A DNA stretch of 64,000 nucleotides from Paraspadella gotoi (GCA_051294375.1 JBJCIZ010000040.1:62001-126000); one strand, 5' to 3'; counted from the first letter of the stretch, positions 25,855 through 39,181 are shown. A program made the numbers and translations. Notes: generated from the letters alone by a model not told the origin.

Positions 25855-25900
25855 TGCGCTGATAAAGACTTGAAACAGAGTCGAAACATGTCTATTTTTT
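25855..25900 (+). ncRNA. Degenerate Penelope-type minimal hammerhead motif inside hAT family 2
   Basis: ctgataaagac...gtcgaaacatgtc; the CUGAUGA core is altered to CUGAUAA. Confidence 0.5.
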
Positions 25901-26849
25901 ATGTCAATAAAATTGTTGTTGTAACAAAACAAATTTTTTGCTAATCTCATAACACAACGAAACGAAAGAAGATACCATCAAATTCTAATTCTATATTTTG
26001 TTTCTCTTTCTTCTCTTTTGCCTTTCTCTTTTTTTTCTCTACTTCTTTCTATTCCCATTATTTTTGTAGTTGTTAGTTTCTTAAACGCTTGTTTTTCTGT
26101 TGTTGGGTCTTTCATAAACTATGAGCAATGGTCATTGACATAAATATAAATATGAATATTTAATTTATTGATAGACTGGTTGATTTATCGATTGATCAAA
26201 ATATTTATTGATTAATAAATATATTTTTCACGTTTAATTAAAAAGTATATCATCATTATTCTTTTTTATATATCTTTTTTAAGATTCGTTCCTTTTATTA
26301 TTAATTTTTAAATTTTTTAAATAATTTTTTTATTTGGTTTTTTATTCATTTTTCATTCATTCGGTTTGATTTCATTTGCTTCTTTTGTTAATTTTAAAGA
26401 GGGAAAGAAAATGAGAGAAAAAGTAAAAATAGGGATTATAATGGCGAGAGAATAAAAGAATCGTTTTTAGTTTCATACATTTATTCGCGAGAGAGGAAAA
26501 AACAGGAGTGAATACAAATCATAAATCATAACTGATTCAACGGTAAAAATTGATACGGTTTCAGATGAGTCATACGAGGTCACGTGAGGTAAGTAAAATG
26601 CAGAAGGTCGCTGACCCAAAAAGAGCATCGCTACAACATCCCCCTTCTACTCGATGTACGAAAGTAAAGTACGAGTTGAAACAAACTACAAAACTATCAT
26701 TAATGACTATGATTATGTAAGGAAACGAATTACATAGGAAATAAACGGATCTTTAAAAGTAAACAAACAACAACAACAACAACAAAATTACGAATGTATT
26801 TAAAATGAGTTTGATAAAAGATTTTCCCCTAATCTTCCGAAGTCATTTT

Positions 26850-29800
26850 GTTGATTGTCAGGTGGACGTAGTGTTTCTGGAAGGGCATTCGGCATGCACA
26901 TGGAGGTTGACGGCGAGAGGGAGTTTCTTGTGGGAGACATGCCGTGCCCTGCGTGGTTCTCGAGCTTCTGGTAGAGTTTGTTGAGGATCTGGCGAGTTGG
27001 AGCCTTTCCTCGGCGAGGGAGTCTGAGGAGGTTGAGTTATGCTAGATGCGGTCAAGATGCGCGACTTTAAGACGCATCACAGATATTGAGCCGAACCGCG
27101 TCCAGGAAGTTCTATGACAAAATGTTTTCATGACGTTCTAAAACTCGAAATGGTCTCTTGGTATGGAGCCTGGATGATGGACCAACATGACCATTCTCCG
27201 TTGTCGAACGAAGACGTATTCTGCTACCTTGAGTGCTTCTGGAAACGCCATGATGGTGGGATTTTCCATGATATATGACTGGTTGAGGAAGCAAGGTAGC
27301 GACATCGATACGAAGTTGTTGGAGGATATGACGAGATGCAGCCAGTGTCATCTGAAGTTGAAGCAGGGGCCAGGGATGAGTTCGCCAGGTATAGTGAGTG
27401 ATTCTCCAAACACCATCTCAGCTGCAGAGGCTTCCAGATCGGGCTTTAGTGCTGTTCTAAGGCACCTAACAAGTCTCATGGAAGCTCGTGAAACCATCTT
27501 TCTGATTGTTCCTCAAGCGAGTTTTTTAGTGATGCTTTTATAGTCACGATGGAATCTTTCAACCATGCCATTAGTCTGAGGATGATATGCTGTTGTTGAG
27601 CGTGTTTGTATCCGATATATTGTGCTAGTTGTCGCCAAAACTCGGAATGTAAACTGTGGTCCACGATCAGTAACTACTAGGTGAAGGGAGATCCCAAAAC
27701 GTTGTACCCCATCATGAAGGAAAGCAATGGCAAGGTTATGAGCGGAAGTTTCTCGAATGGAATGGCTTCAGGCCAACGTGAAATCTGTCTACAATGGTTA
27801 GTAGATGTGTATGACCTTTGGAAAGTGAGAGTGGTCCAACAACATCAATGTGAACATGTGCAAAACGTCGTGGTGGTGGGCTCAAAATTGACAAGAGGTG
27901 CTCTTACATGTTGCTGCACTTTAGAGCGCTGACATGTTATGCATGTTCTAGCCCAGTTAACAATGTCTTTCGCGCAAAAGGACCATACAAATCGTTGGAG
28001 CACTAAAGATTTTGTTGCGGTTAATTCCAGGATGAGATAATCCATGGAGAGCATCAAAAACCGCCGTTTCCATGCAGGAGGAACAAACGGCCGAACTTTG
28101 CCTTGCGAGATGTCACACCAGAGGCTAGAATCTGAATTGGGATGTGTTGGAATTTAAGGCCACTCTGTGGGTCATTCAGTAGGCGTTTAAGCTCTTCATC
28201 CTTCTTCTGATCTTCACCATGGCCACAAAATCAATACCTTGGTTCTGAACAGCGCAAAATAGTTGCTGGAAGTTCTTCCCAAGCAATGTGGGCGATTGTT
28301 TGTGTGGAAGAGGTTTGAAACAGCATCAATATCAACACGAGAGAGAGCATCAGCTACTTATATTGGCTTTACTTCAATAAATTGTACGTCAGTTGTGTAT
28401 TCTGCTATTGCACTGAGTTGATAACTTTGTCTCATAGAGTGTGGTTCTGCCTTCTTGACGAGACCAGGGACTAGCGAGTTGTGATCTGAAAAGAGAGAGT
28501 AAATGGACGTCCCTCCAGAAAGGACGAAAATGACGAACAGATCGGAAAGCAGCAAATAACTCCTCTGTCGAATGGCAGGCCACTTGCACTGGCCCCCTTC
28601 AGAGGGCTGAGAGAAAATGCAAGTGGCTTCCACTGATTGTTCTAGTACGCCACCGATAGCAAGATTAGAGGCGTCTACCGTCAGAGCCAGTTTGCGCCGT
28701 CCAACAGGTGAACAGAAGAGTTGCTTTAGCTAGAGCTTCTTTGATATTATCAAATGCAACATCACATTCTTTTTGGCCAAATCTAGGGTTTAGGTTTTTC
28801 CTCTGAGGATGCTGTATAAAGGACCTAAGTTTGGGCTGCATGGAGGCAAAAAACGACGGTAATAATTTAGCATGCCTAAAAAACGCTGAAGATTCTTTCA
28901 CAGACTTGGGCGCGGAAAATTTTCTGATTGCCTCAACTTTCTCAGGAAGTGGTTTGAATTCCATCTGCATTTACATGATAACCTAGAAAGTCTAAAGAGT
29001 CGCTCCAAACACGCATTTTGACTGGTTAATAATGAGTCGTTTGTAGAAAGTAATTCAAACAGGCGCCCTCAAAGTCCTTCACATGTTCCTCTTTTGATGA
29101 GCTTGCCACTAAATGTCGTCAAGATATACAAAAACGTGTGGAATGCCTTGAAGAATGCTATCCTCATTCTTTGAAAATCCTGAGCAGCATTCTTCAAGCC
29201 AAATGGTGTCCGTAAATACTCATAAAGGCAAATGGGGTATTATGGCAGTTTTAGGTGTATAATCTTCCTCAGCTACTGGGTTTGGTGATATCCTTTACAG
29301 TAGATCTATTTTGAAAAGACGGTCATCTCCTGCAATGTCTGCATTGAAATCTAGGATGTTTCTGATTGGGTATCTGTCAGCTTTGGTTATGGAATTTTAG
29401 TTGTCTATAATCCCCACAGGGTCTGAGGCTGCCATCCGGTTTTTTTACCACATGAAGGGTGAAGACCAAAGGGCTACGACCTTTTGCGTATGATGCCAAG
29501 TTTCTCAAGAGCATCAAATTCTTCTTTGGCAGCAGCAGGTGTTCTGGTGACAGACGAACGAGCGACGGGCAAATATCAGGTGGGCCCTCAGTGGGTATAT
29601 GGTGTTTTCACTCCATGCTTGGAGCGGCAGAATCAAAACTGAAAGTGGTTATGTCTGGGAATTCTATCAAGTAATTTTGCATATACTTTGCAGATTGACG
29701 ATGTGGCACGTGTTGCTGTTGCTCAACAATTTTCAGTGACTATAGAAAAGTCATCAAGATTGATCACAACCCCAGTGGAATGATCTGGAGCAAGATGTAA

Positions 29801-30120
29801 GTTGGCCAGAAATCAGACCCAAGTATAGGGCGTGTGGACAATGCGCAATGATGCATTCCCATTCCAAAAATTGTAGCCATCAAGAATATATTTCATGGAT
29901 CGGTGCCCATAGGTGGGAATGGTAGAGTCATTGGCAGTGTAAAGAGGTGTGCCAGTAGGACCATTCTGACGTTGTTGGAGAGAAGGCAGGAACAAGAGAA
30001 AAAGTCAGCGCCGCCATCAACAAGCCACTCAAGATCATTTGTTAGTATCGTGAACATGAATTAAACGAAGATTTTGTGCCGGCGGCGGCGTTCACATCCG
30101 TGCGCCGGCCAGGCCGTTTT
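26850..30120 (-). pseudogene. pol: Pol of Gypsy B (PR, RT, RNase H, IN; indels probably mostly sequencing error)
   Basis: WLVDGGAD at ~30010; SPLHVVKKPDGSLRPCGDY at ~29410-29460; YLDD at ~29120; PLPEKVEAI; SDHNSL; WARTCITCQRSK; HIDVVGP. Confidence 0.9.
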
Positions 30121-31226
30121 CCGGTGTCCACATTGAACAGCCTCGACACATTTCTTAGTTTTCCCTTACTAATCTGCATTAATAGTCTAGAAGCGTTGAG
30201 GTTTTGGAAAAAAATTTGTGCTGGATGACCAGGGTCTGCTGTGCAGTTGAAGCAGCACCACCAATTCTGGTGCTTTCCTTGTTGCTTGAAGTCCATGGCC
30301 GCGGCCTCGCCCCCTCCAATTTTGGCGCCCTCGATTATGTGTTGCATTAATTGAGGCATCTGTATCGCCCAAAAATGGTGGTGTAAAATTAGTGCCATCT
30401 ACAGCAGAAACTGTTGCACGCTGGAGGAGTTGGCCATCGGCACCATACCATTTTCCTGCTGCTTCTGCTACACCCTCAGTGGTTGCATCCTCTCTCATGA
30501 CTGAATCTTGAATGTTACTGGAAGGGATTGTAAAGTGCTTCTTTGGCAAGGTCATCGATAGTGAGGTCCCTAAGAGTTGTTTCTAATAATGCAGCTCTCT
30601 CCATTGGATGAAGACCATCAAGTTTGAGTCCGCGTAAAAATTGAGCGGCACGTTGGCTTTTTTGATTCGGCCAAATTGTTTCAGAATGCGAGCGTACAAC
30701 CCCTCTACATCAGCCGCAGTTGGAAAAGGGCGAGAGTTGACATAAGTAGAGATAGCACTTTGACGGAGTGGTGGAACAGCAGCAGAGATAAAAGCAAATT
30801 GTGAAGCAGGGTCAGAAAGGGCCAACCATTGCAAATGAGCGTCTGACAGCACTGATCCAAGATTCAACATCGTCTATGTTGAAAGGTGGAAGTGATGGAG
30901 TGCAAACAAAAGTAGGATGTGGCAGGATTGGGAGTAGGGTTGTTTGTAGAGAAAGCCGTCTGCATTTCTTCCATTGTCAACCGCATGCGCTCTAACTCCT
31001 GTTGATGTTGCTGTTGTTGCTGTTGAAGTTGGCGCTGAAATTCTGCTTGAACGCTGCTGATGCTTGTCTGTGGAACATGTCTCGGCGTCCATGGTGGTGC
31101 CGTGGACCTCCTACTAGCGCGCCGAGAGATGCTGGATTGATTGGTCGGAAGGCGCTGGGATGAGGGTTCTTCAAGATTTGTTTAATGTTAGAGTCGGGGT
31201 ACGTCGCCGCATAAAGTTGGTCTCAT
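30100..31226 (-). pseudogene. gag: Gag of Gypsy B
   Basis: Starts MRPT...; Gln-rich stretch; SDPASQFAFISAAVPP; CHCC motif, then G GAA AAC slippery site and ggcggcg/cgccgcc hairpin (clearest in copy 1, ~14380-14425). Confidence 0.8.
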
Positions 31227-34200
31227 TGGGATTGTATTTCACGTTTAGTTCACTTTTTAATTCTTTTTCAAATTTTTTTTTTTAAGGGTTGCCGATTTTA
31301 TTTTCTTTTTGTCGGGGATTACCATATGGCGAGAGAATAAAAGAATCGTTTTTTAGTTTCATACATTTATTCGCTGAGAGAAGCAGAAAAAACAGAGTGA
31401 ATACAAAATCAATCAATAACTCATAACTGATTCAACGCGTAAAAAATTGATTACGGTTTCAGATGACGTCATACGAGGTCACGTGAGAGGTAAGTAAATG
31501 CAAAAGAAAGGTCGCTGACCCAAAAAGAGCATCGCTACAATTATTTATTTTTAGCTAAATTGATATATATTATTGCATGAAAGGGCAAAAAAAAGGAAAG
31601 GTAAAAAGCAAAGGGCGAAAAAAAGGAAAAAAATAAAGGGGGAAAGGGAAAAGGGGAAAAAGAGAAGAAACAAGAAAAACAGCGGCGATAAATAAAGGAA
31701 GGAAAGAATAGAGAGAGAATAGAGGATAAAAAAAATGAGAATAATCAAAGGGAGAAAAGCAAGGGAAAAATTCGCGAGAAGAGAGAGAGTGGGTAACAAT
31801 ATGGTCGAAGGGGAGAGGAAAGAGAGAACATAAAAAAAATAGTTTTTTTAAAATTTAAAATATTTCATACCAAAACAATGGAAAAATCACTACTTAAAAT
31901 TAACGGAATTTAACCCGTTAAAATGAATATATTAACGGTTAAGTTTAAAATTATTTTTAACCGTTAAATAGCCGTTAACAGTTTAACGCGTTATCGGAAC
32001 ACTAATCACTGGTGCATCGTGCCAGTTCACGTTTAGTGAGAGAATTTTATGGCATCCCTTTACATCACTCCCACAAAGGTGTTGGTGCTTCATCATCCTT
32101 TCGCCCTATCAAGATGATCTCTGAGGATAAATGTGGTGTGCCATGTTAATTCCACATCAGCAGCTTTGCCCAATTCACTAGGCCAACACTATCTCATGTG
32201 GTTTTGGGCATGCTGGGAATATGCAGTACTCCTTTCAACATTATTTCCAACAAGACCGGTACTATGTTAGTAGCCTAATCGGCAAAGCGTATTGAAGATC
32301 TGTGTCCCCTGCGCCTACAATCAGTCTGATGCAAGTTTCGCATACTCGAATCAGCTTCATAAACCTTGATGGCTCAATCACCTCGGCCTGATGCAAAGAT
32401 CAAGGCAATTCTTGAAGATGTTGGTTCGATTTGAATCTTTACGCGATTGCGCGGCCCACAGTGAACATCACCGGTCCGGGAGACCCCATTCGACCGTACC
32501 TTTTGTAGTCGGAAGAGAATTGCTGCCTTGCTGTCCTCTCACGTTGCACGACTTCGCAATCCGCTCTGCAAGTCCGCCCCTGCAGTGCTGAAGGCGCACC
32601 CCAATTACCTCCCAAAGTCCATGGCAAATCCCCGTTTTCACGTATGTGGTCTTGAGCATTTCCATTTGACGCTTCCCTTTACTTCCTGCGGTACAAGAAA
32701 AAGGAGAGTGCTTGATCAACTCCTCGCGGACCGCAACCCTCAGATTTAGCTCAATGCAGCAATGCTTCAAGCCACGACATCTTCCTTTCTCTACAGTTCG
32801 GATTCTCGATGAAGCCTCCTATAACACCTAGTCTAACCCTGACACTGTGCAAACTTTTAGAAAGACTTTAAGAACTCTGAACCAAGCTTCCAATTTTAGT
32901 CAATCTTACAATATTCCAATCGTCTATTCCTTATTAAAAAGTCTCTTTCCGAACCCTTCCTTTTATATACGGTTCAGAAGAGCAAGACCTGCGCAGGCAC
33001 ACAGAGAACAGAACAATAAGAGTAGTTTTCTTTTGTCGCCCCCCCTCCCTTCCCCCAAGGTGGTAATGGCCGGCTTCTCATGACGAGAGACCCCTAACTC
33101 ATGACTTCACTCAGTCTCAGTGTTAACCTCCTTCCCTATATAAATGGCGACGTCAGTGAGTGATAATAACCCGTCCCTGTGCGCTCTGCGGCGCTTGGCT
33201 ATTGGGCTGGACCTTGTTCCTCGAACGGAATGGCCCCTACTGGCGAAACGCACAAGCGTTTGGTTCCCAGTCGCCCAGATTCGCGGAAAAGTTTGAAATT
33301 GGGTTTAAATTTTATGAAGATGGGTACAACCAATATTAAAAAAATTATCCATTCATTTAATAAATAAGCTTATCGTGGTCGCGCCGCTAGACTTTGGAGC
33401 GAGGACCTCTATAATATCGCGATCGCGTGTCCTGCATACTTCGTGATCTTCCCCATCACGTCTTATGTCGAATGCACACCTTTTACTAAGATTCATCATA
33501 AGGTCAGGGGAGGCTTTAGACGGATATGGATTAATCTCCAGTAATGGGGCAGTTCCTGCTGCCGACCCAATACCCTCGCCGTCGCAGAATAACAAAAAAG
33601 CAGGTTACCAATTGAATTTATTTATCAATGGCTTTGCCTCTCCAAATTAGTATGATACGTCCCTCTGCTCTTGGCCACGACAAATACTTCCATAACCCAC
33701 GAACCACATACTCGATAACTATGTCCACTGGTGTATCAAAACACTCTCGCACCTCCTACTCCCCTACCTTTCTCTCTCCTTGCTCCTCCGATCACAACTC
33801 GAGTACGACCTCATGATTTCTGGCTAGAAAAAAACTAATAGATATGGGATGGAAAAGAACCATTCCATGCTCTCGCCTCCCGTGTTATCACATCCGGTGA
33901 ATCAAGCATGCAAATATCCAAAACCCTGCAACTAAGGCGCGGTGAATATTTCTTCACCTTCCGCGCCGCCTTGGACAAGCGCCATCATAGGAACGCCATA
34001 GATCTAGGTTGCGGCGAAACAAAAGAACCATAGAGAAGAAAGGCAAAGATTGCTCAGAGGTTCCATATGACCCAGGCTGAAGACGATGACAAAGCTGAAA
34101 AGCAAATCAGTTTCCTTTACAGGCGCCGCTATGAAAGACGATCGATAAAAATCCTGGAAGATGGCCTTAGGCAAGCTCGCCTCGAAATGAGGAAATCTCC

Positions 34201-34586
34201 GCTCTGATACCAGAGGTAATAGGACAAACGGGATGATGGATACACAAGCGAACGCCGTCGCAACTTCTCACCGAGTCCCTCATAGAAATCCATGGATATT
34301 CGCTGGCACGCTCATCGTGGCCCCTCCTACAACCGCGACGACCGCAGACGCGACTATCAAAACAGGCGCGACCGGTTCCGTAGATTGCGGACCGATTCGA
34401 GACCGTGATTCGGAAGCGCTACGACGAAGCAGCAGTCGCGACAGCCGTGATAGCAGCAACTCTAGCTCGCCGCGGCGAGGAAATGGTCGAAACGAAGGCA
34501 GTATACGGCCCGTGAAGGCCAAGAACTTTAGAAGAAGAGACAACTTCCGCAACCTGGAAGAGACGCCTACAGGGCAACAAACGTAG

Positions 34587-37500
34587 ATGGATCAATTGAA
34601 AGAATTACTCGAGGTGAAACATGAAAAAGTTTTTTCAAAACATAATCGGGATTATGGTAGAACGAATCTTATACAATGTAGATCACATTTGAAAGACAAA
34701 ACCGGCCCTCCTATAGCCATAGCCCTTTACCGTACGCGTCCCGAAATGCGCGACATTATTGATAAGCAAGCCTATGAGATGATCGCTGATGGCCTGCTTG
34801 GCCCATCCACGAGCCCTTACTCCGCCCCGATATTACTGGCGATTATAGATTCCTCACAGACTTCAGGAAAGTCAATGAGAAGTGCAATAAAGTGGTTTAT
34901 CCCCTGCCAAGAATAGAAGACTCCCTACAAAAACTCAACAACCCAAGATTTTTCACCGCAATGGATCTGACCAAAGGCTTTTGGCAGATCCCAATACATC
35001 CCGACGATAGAAAATATTTTGCCTTTTCCACGGAATCCATGCATTTGGAATATTTAGTAGCTCCCATGGGCGCTAAAAATTCCCCCAGCTATCTGTGCGC
35101 CCTAATGCAATTAGTTTTGAGAGGTTTTCCCCCACAACACATAATTAGCTACATGGACGATATCCTCGTAGTAGATAAAGACATGGAAAGCCATGAGCCG
35201 GAGAGGCGACAAAGACGACGACACCGTAGACCAAGATTATGCATTATCCCACGACCCTCCCGAATCAATCCACCCCTTCGAAGATGATTCAGTCTTCTTA
35301 GGCATAGATGATCTCGACGAAACAACGGCAGTAAACTTCAATGCAAATGAAAGCAAAACTCAGAAGTTGAGAGAAGAACAAGACAATGACGATTATGAAA
35401 GATGGAACGCTCTGTAGGAAAAACTTCCATAACTGAAGCCCCTGGCCCATTTTACAAGCAGTAATCCCCGATTTACTTGTAAATGACGTTCTGAACGATT
35501 TCCACGGCTCAGTGTTTTCCGGCCATCCATCAATCAAAAAGATGGTGGAGAAAGTAAGACGTTACGCTATCTGGCCAGGGCTAGGCAAAGATGTTGCAAA
35601 CCATCTCAAAAACAGCAAGATATGCGACCAGGTCAAATGAATGCCAACCCAAAAGAACAAAACACATTACAATCAATCGTTGCCAGAAAATGTGTTTGAC
35701 CATGTTATATGCGATCTGCTAAAGCTACCCAAGCCCCAGGCGACATGAAGTATGTCTTGGTCTTCAAGGACGTTTTCTCAGGTTATGTGAAACTCTATAA
35801 ACTTAGGAACAAAAACGCGACAGGTATTGCCAAAGCGTTGGAAAACCTAGTTTGCTTCGCTGGCCCTCCAAAGTTGTTAACTTCCGATAATGGTGGCGAA
35901 TTCATCGCTGACATTGTCAAAGCAGTTTGCCAAATTATGGGCACGAAGAAGAGAACAAGTGTAGCCTACCGTCCCGAATCACAAGGCAACGTGGAAAGAC
36001 AGAACCGAACAATAATTAAAGACTAACCAAAAGACTACTCCAATATGGGAAGTCTTGGATTGATCACCTTCCCTATGTTGAATGGTCGTACAACACTCTC
36101 CGTTTGCACGTACTAATATGACCCATACCTAGGACTAAGCTCTGACGAACAAAGCCAGAGGTTTTTTTAATATATTCTTATACCGGCCAAGGTAGAATGA
36201 TAGCAATATTGTTAATATTAAGTTTCAAAAAAATCCTACATAAATATAGAAAATATTAACCAAAATCTTCGGAAAATCCACCCCTTCTTTGGAAGATTTT
36301 CGCCATAGAAGATTTTTCCCGAATCTGACTCCCGGTTGAAACTCTTAGAATTCCGATCGTAGTTAGCTCCTCTTTTACTTTTACTTTTAAATAAAAATTT
36401 CACCAAAATGGACTAATTCACTTTCCATGATCGTATCATATCAAGAATAACCATATAAATATAAAGAAAAATTTGAGAGCCCTTCAGACATATGACTATC
36501 GGATTCCTGAATTTGAAGTTTATTGTAAAATGACAAACATACCTTAAATGCGTTGACATTGTATTGAAGTTGAGAAATCCCTTTATTTTATATATAAAAA
36601 TTGGACCAGTCCATTTGAATCTGATATTTTGATGTCAAAATGATGGTTATTTGTCAAGAGAAAAAAAATGCGAGCCCTTGAGATGCAACAGGATCGGAAT
36701 CGGTGTTTTTAACATATATTTTTTACCTGAATTTTTCCCAGGGGCGTTGACATTATTTGGTAGTCAGATTTTAACAAAAATCTCCATTGAAAAAGTCTTC
36801 CTCGATTTCTAAGAACGACGTAAACTCCTACCATACTGCTGTTCTTTGGCCGCGAGCCTCCTCTCCCAGCCTTCACCGGAGTGGAATTGATAGAATGAAA
36901 GATCGCACTTTGCAAGATTATATAGATAAAGTGCAAAAACCGAGTAAAAATGATCATGGATGAAGCAAGAATACGCACAGAGAAGAAAAGAGCACATGAA
37001 GAGAAAACCTACAACAGGAAATCCAAACATACCCCTCTTCAAGAAGGCGATCTGGTATACGAAAGAGTTCTAGATGGCCTTAGAGAAAAGCTAGACCCAA
37101 AATGGTCAGGTCCCTCACAGAATAACAAAACGCGTCCCAAGTTCCAAAGGAGATTCTGGAACAACATATTGGTGCGAGTGTAGAGATGGAAGCAAACGCC
37201 GCCGAAACTTCAAACACCTTAAAAAGGTTAATGCAACATACAAAGAGTTAATGAGAAAGCCAATACAACCAAGGAAAACTAAAACAAAAATGGCATTAGA
37301 AATATTCGCAATCATAAACAATACTAATGAACCCTCGGTCCCTCCTGATCCCCACGCCGACGAGCCTGCGAATCCTGTACCTCCAGTAAACACAGCTCTA
37401 TCCCATGTCACAACTCCAACTGGAAGAGAAGAAGATCAAGCAGAAGCTGATCCTCAACCCTCTACCTCCGCAGCATCTCAAAACCCAGATGATACTGATG

Positions 37501-38052
37501 AGATGTGGAAGAAAAATCCTCTGCGACCGACCAATCCAAAGATAGTGTCATTATTTTGGGCACATCTAAGGGCAAAGCCACAGCCACTACAGCAAAGCCT
37601 CCAAAGCCCAGCACTCCATTACTGCCGGAAGAAGGAGGAAGCCTTGGATTGACCCTAGCCCTGATGTGTTTGAAACAAGAACAAGAGGCGAAACCAAGCG
37701 CCTACAACATGCCATTTGTGAATCAGAATCTCACCCCGATGATCCAGAAACTATCTCTCTTCAGTCCTCCAACAGTGGTTCCCAAGATGAATCCTCCGAT
37801 CCGTCTATGAGGTCACCTATCCCCGATGACCTCACTGTCTCCGATTTCTTCAAAAATCCTGCCACCTTTAAAAGGAAAACCAAACAAAAATTTGATGACG
37901 ATAATAGCACCCAGGCTCCTCGTGGGTCTACCACTTCAAACGAGTCCCCAATTAGTTCTGCTAGAAACGTTCCTTCAACCTCTAGGGATATTGGCCCTGA
38001 ATCAGTACTATCAGAAGAAGAGGTCAACCCGTTTACTAGTACTCCCAAATAA
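34587..38052 (+). pseudogene. pol: Pol of Gypsy A copy 3
   Basis: YPLPRIED, MDLTKGFWQIP, YMDD, H-x6-H...CDQ zinc finger, SDNGGEF, PESQGNVERQNRTI. Confidence 0.92.
36130..36830. mobile_element. hAT-like MITE family 3 inserted in the A integrase
   Basis: tagga...tccta termini; duplicated ccatac(c); empty site at ~49875; inverted right half at 59537-59900. Confidence 0.75.
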
Positions 38053-38791
38053 CAAGGGACGATATGTAAATAATAGCTAATTATTCTACATTCATATCTT
38101 AGCTTGTAACTAATCGCGATTCAATTTTATATGAATTCATAATTTAATTTCCGGAATTATTTTAGTTTATCTAGCTACTTTTAGATGGAACTTTATTTTA
38201 TAGTCTCTCTGAGCTCAAATACCTTATTTCAAAAAAAAAAAAAAAAAAGGGTTTTAACGACATGTCTTAATTTTAACTGCTTTAAAAGATAATTTACACA
38301 ATTTTGCCACAATTGAAGCTATTTTGGTGCCTTATTCTTCAGCGCATTGTATTTAGTAATTTTATCTATTTCGTTACCGTCAAGCTTTACCTTTGAGTCA
38401 AAACAATTTCTAAACATACAGCAGTTCAATTAGTATACTTGTGCGAGAGATTGTGAAGCAACGCCTGTAGCCTGAATGAATAATTGTCCTCGCTAGCCTT
38501 CTCACTGTCAAGACTCTTAGCCTTTCTAGATTACCGTGCTAACCAGTTAGTTTTCAAAAGTTAGTTTAGTTAGTTTTCAAAAGTATTGGGTTTTTATTAT
38601 AGCAGCAAATATAAGTTTGATTTTACTTTATCTCATTGTGCATTCATTTAAGTCAATCGATTAATTGCAATTGAAAATTTAGCTATATAGTTTTCCCCTT
38701 CTTATCCAGCAAGTTACATTAAGCTTTCATTCAAAAATTAGTAAACTGCCCTTATTAACTCGTTCCATCGTGCTGAAAGAGACGTGGGAAG

Positions 38792-39181
38792 ATGGGCAAG
38801 AGAAAACGTTCGTTCGCGTCTGAAATTTTTGCTCTCAAGGACAATACTCGCCCGAAGCGACCGAATAACGAGAGTTATATGAGGAATGGCGTTCAGGTTA
38901 TCGTCCTTGATGCAGACCTCGAAGACGTCGAGGTTGATTTATCATCCCTTCCTCGCCATAACCCGTCGCGCAAACGGACGAAAACCACGGATAAAGATCG
39001 TCATGAGAAACTCGAATTTCAGCGCGATCAGCGCCATTTCAAGATCGAAACCCTCGCGTCCGATCAAATCATACATTCCCGATTCTATGATAGCGCGAGA
39101 AAACACGCTATGGATTTCTTGAGTCTCGCCGACGACGTCTCGGATTCCTTCTGGCCTATCGGTTTCGACACGGATTTTTAA
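38792..39181 (+). CDS. Basic 129-aa ORF downstream of A pol (accessory ORF, unknown function)
   Basis: Open frame MGKRKRS...; inverted copy at 46400-46774; noisy copy near 56500-56750. Confidence 0.55.
   Translation: MGKRKRSFASEIFALKDNTRPKRPNNESYMRNGVQVIVLDADLEDVEVDLSSLPRHNPSRKRTKTTDKDRHEKLEFQRDQRHFKIETLASDQIIHSRFYDSARKHAMDFLSLADDVSDSFWPIGFDTDF

Larger units (their letters stand above)
26439..31539 (-). mobile_element. Full-length CsRn1-type Gypsy B (5' LTR 31325-31539, 3' LTR 26439-26635)
   Basis: ~200-bp LTRs TGT...ATA, 4-bp TSD atta, PBS tggtaatccccgac (Trp-like), PPT agggggatg; domain order PR-RT-RH-IN. Confidence 0.93.
25679..32004. mobile_element. hAT-type non-autonomous element family 2 containing full-length Gypsy B
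   Basis: TIRs tagagttccgataaccgtt / aacgcgttatcggaacacta; 8-bp TSD atcactgg at 25671-25678 and 32005-32012. Confidence 0.88.
32005..39181 (+). mobile_element. Gypsy A copy 3 (PBS, ORF0, gag, PR deleted, RT, RNase H deleted, IN, long tail, 3' ORF)
   Basis: RT ORFs 34587-35287, IN ORF 35709-36026, KLDPKWSGP at ~37090, low-complexity tail to 38052. Confidence 0.92.

Noticed and set aside
33060-33820. Apparent novel insertion or LTR in A copy 3
   Set aside because: Much of it aligns loosely to the gag start of the other copies; too error-rich to call.
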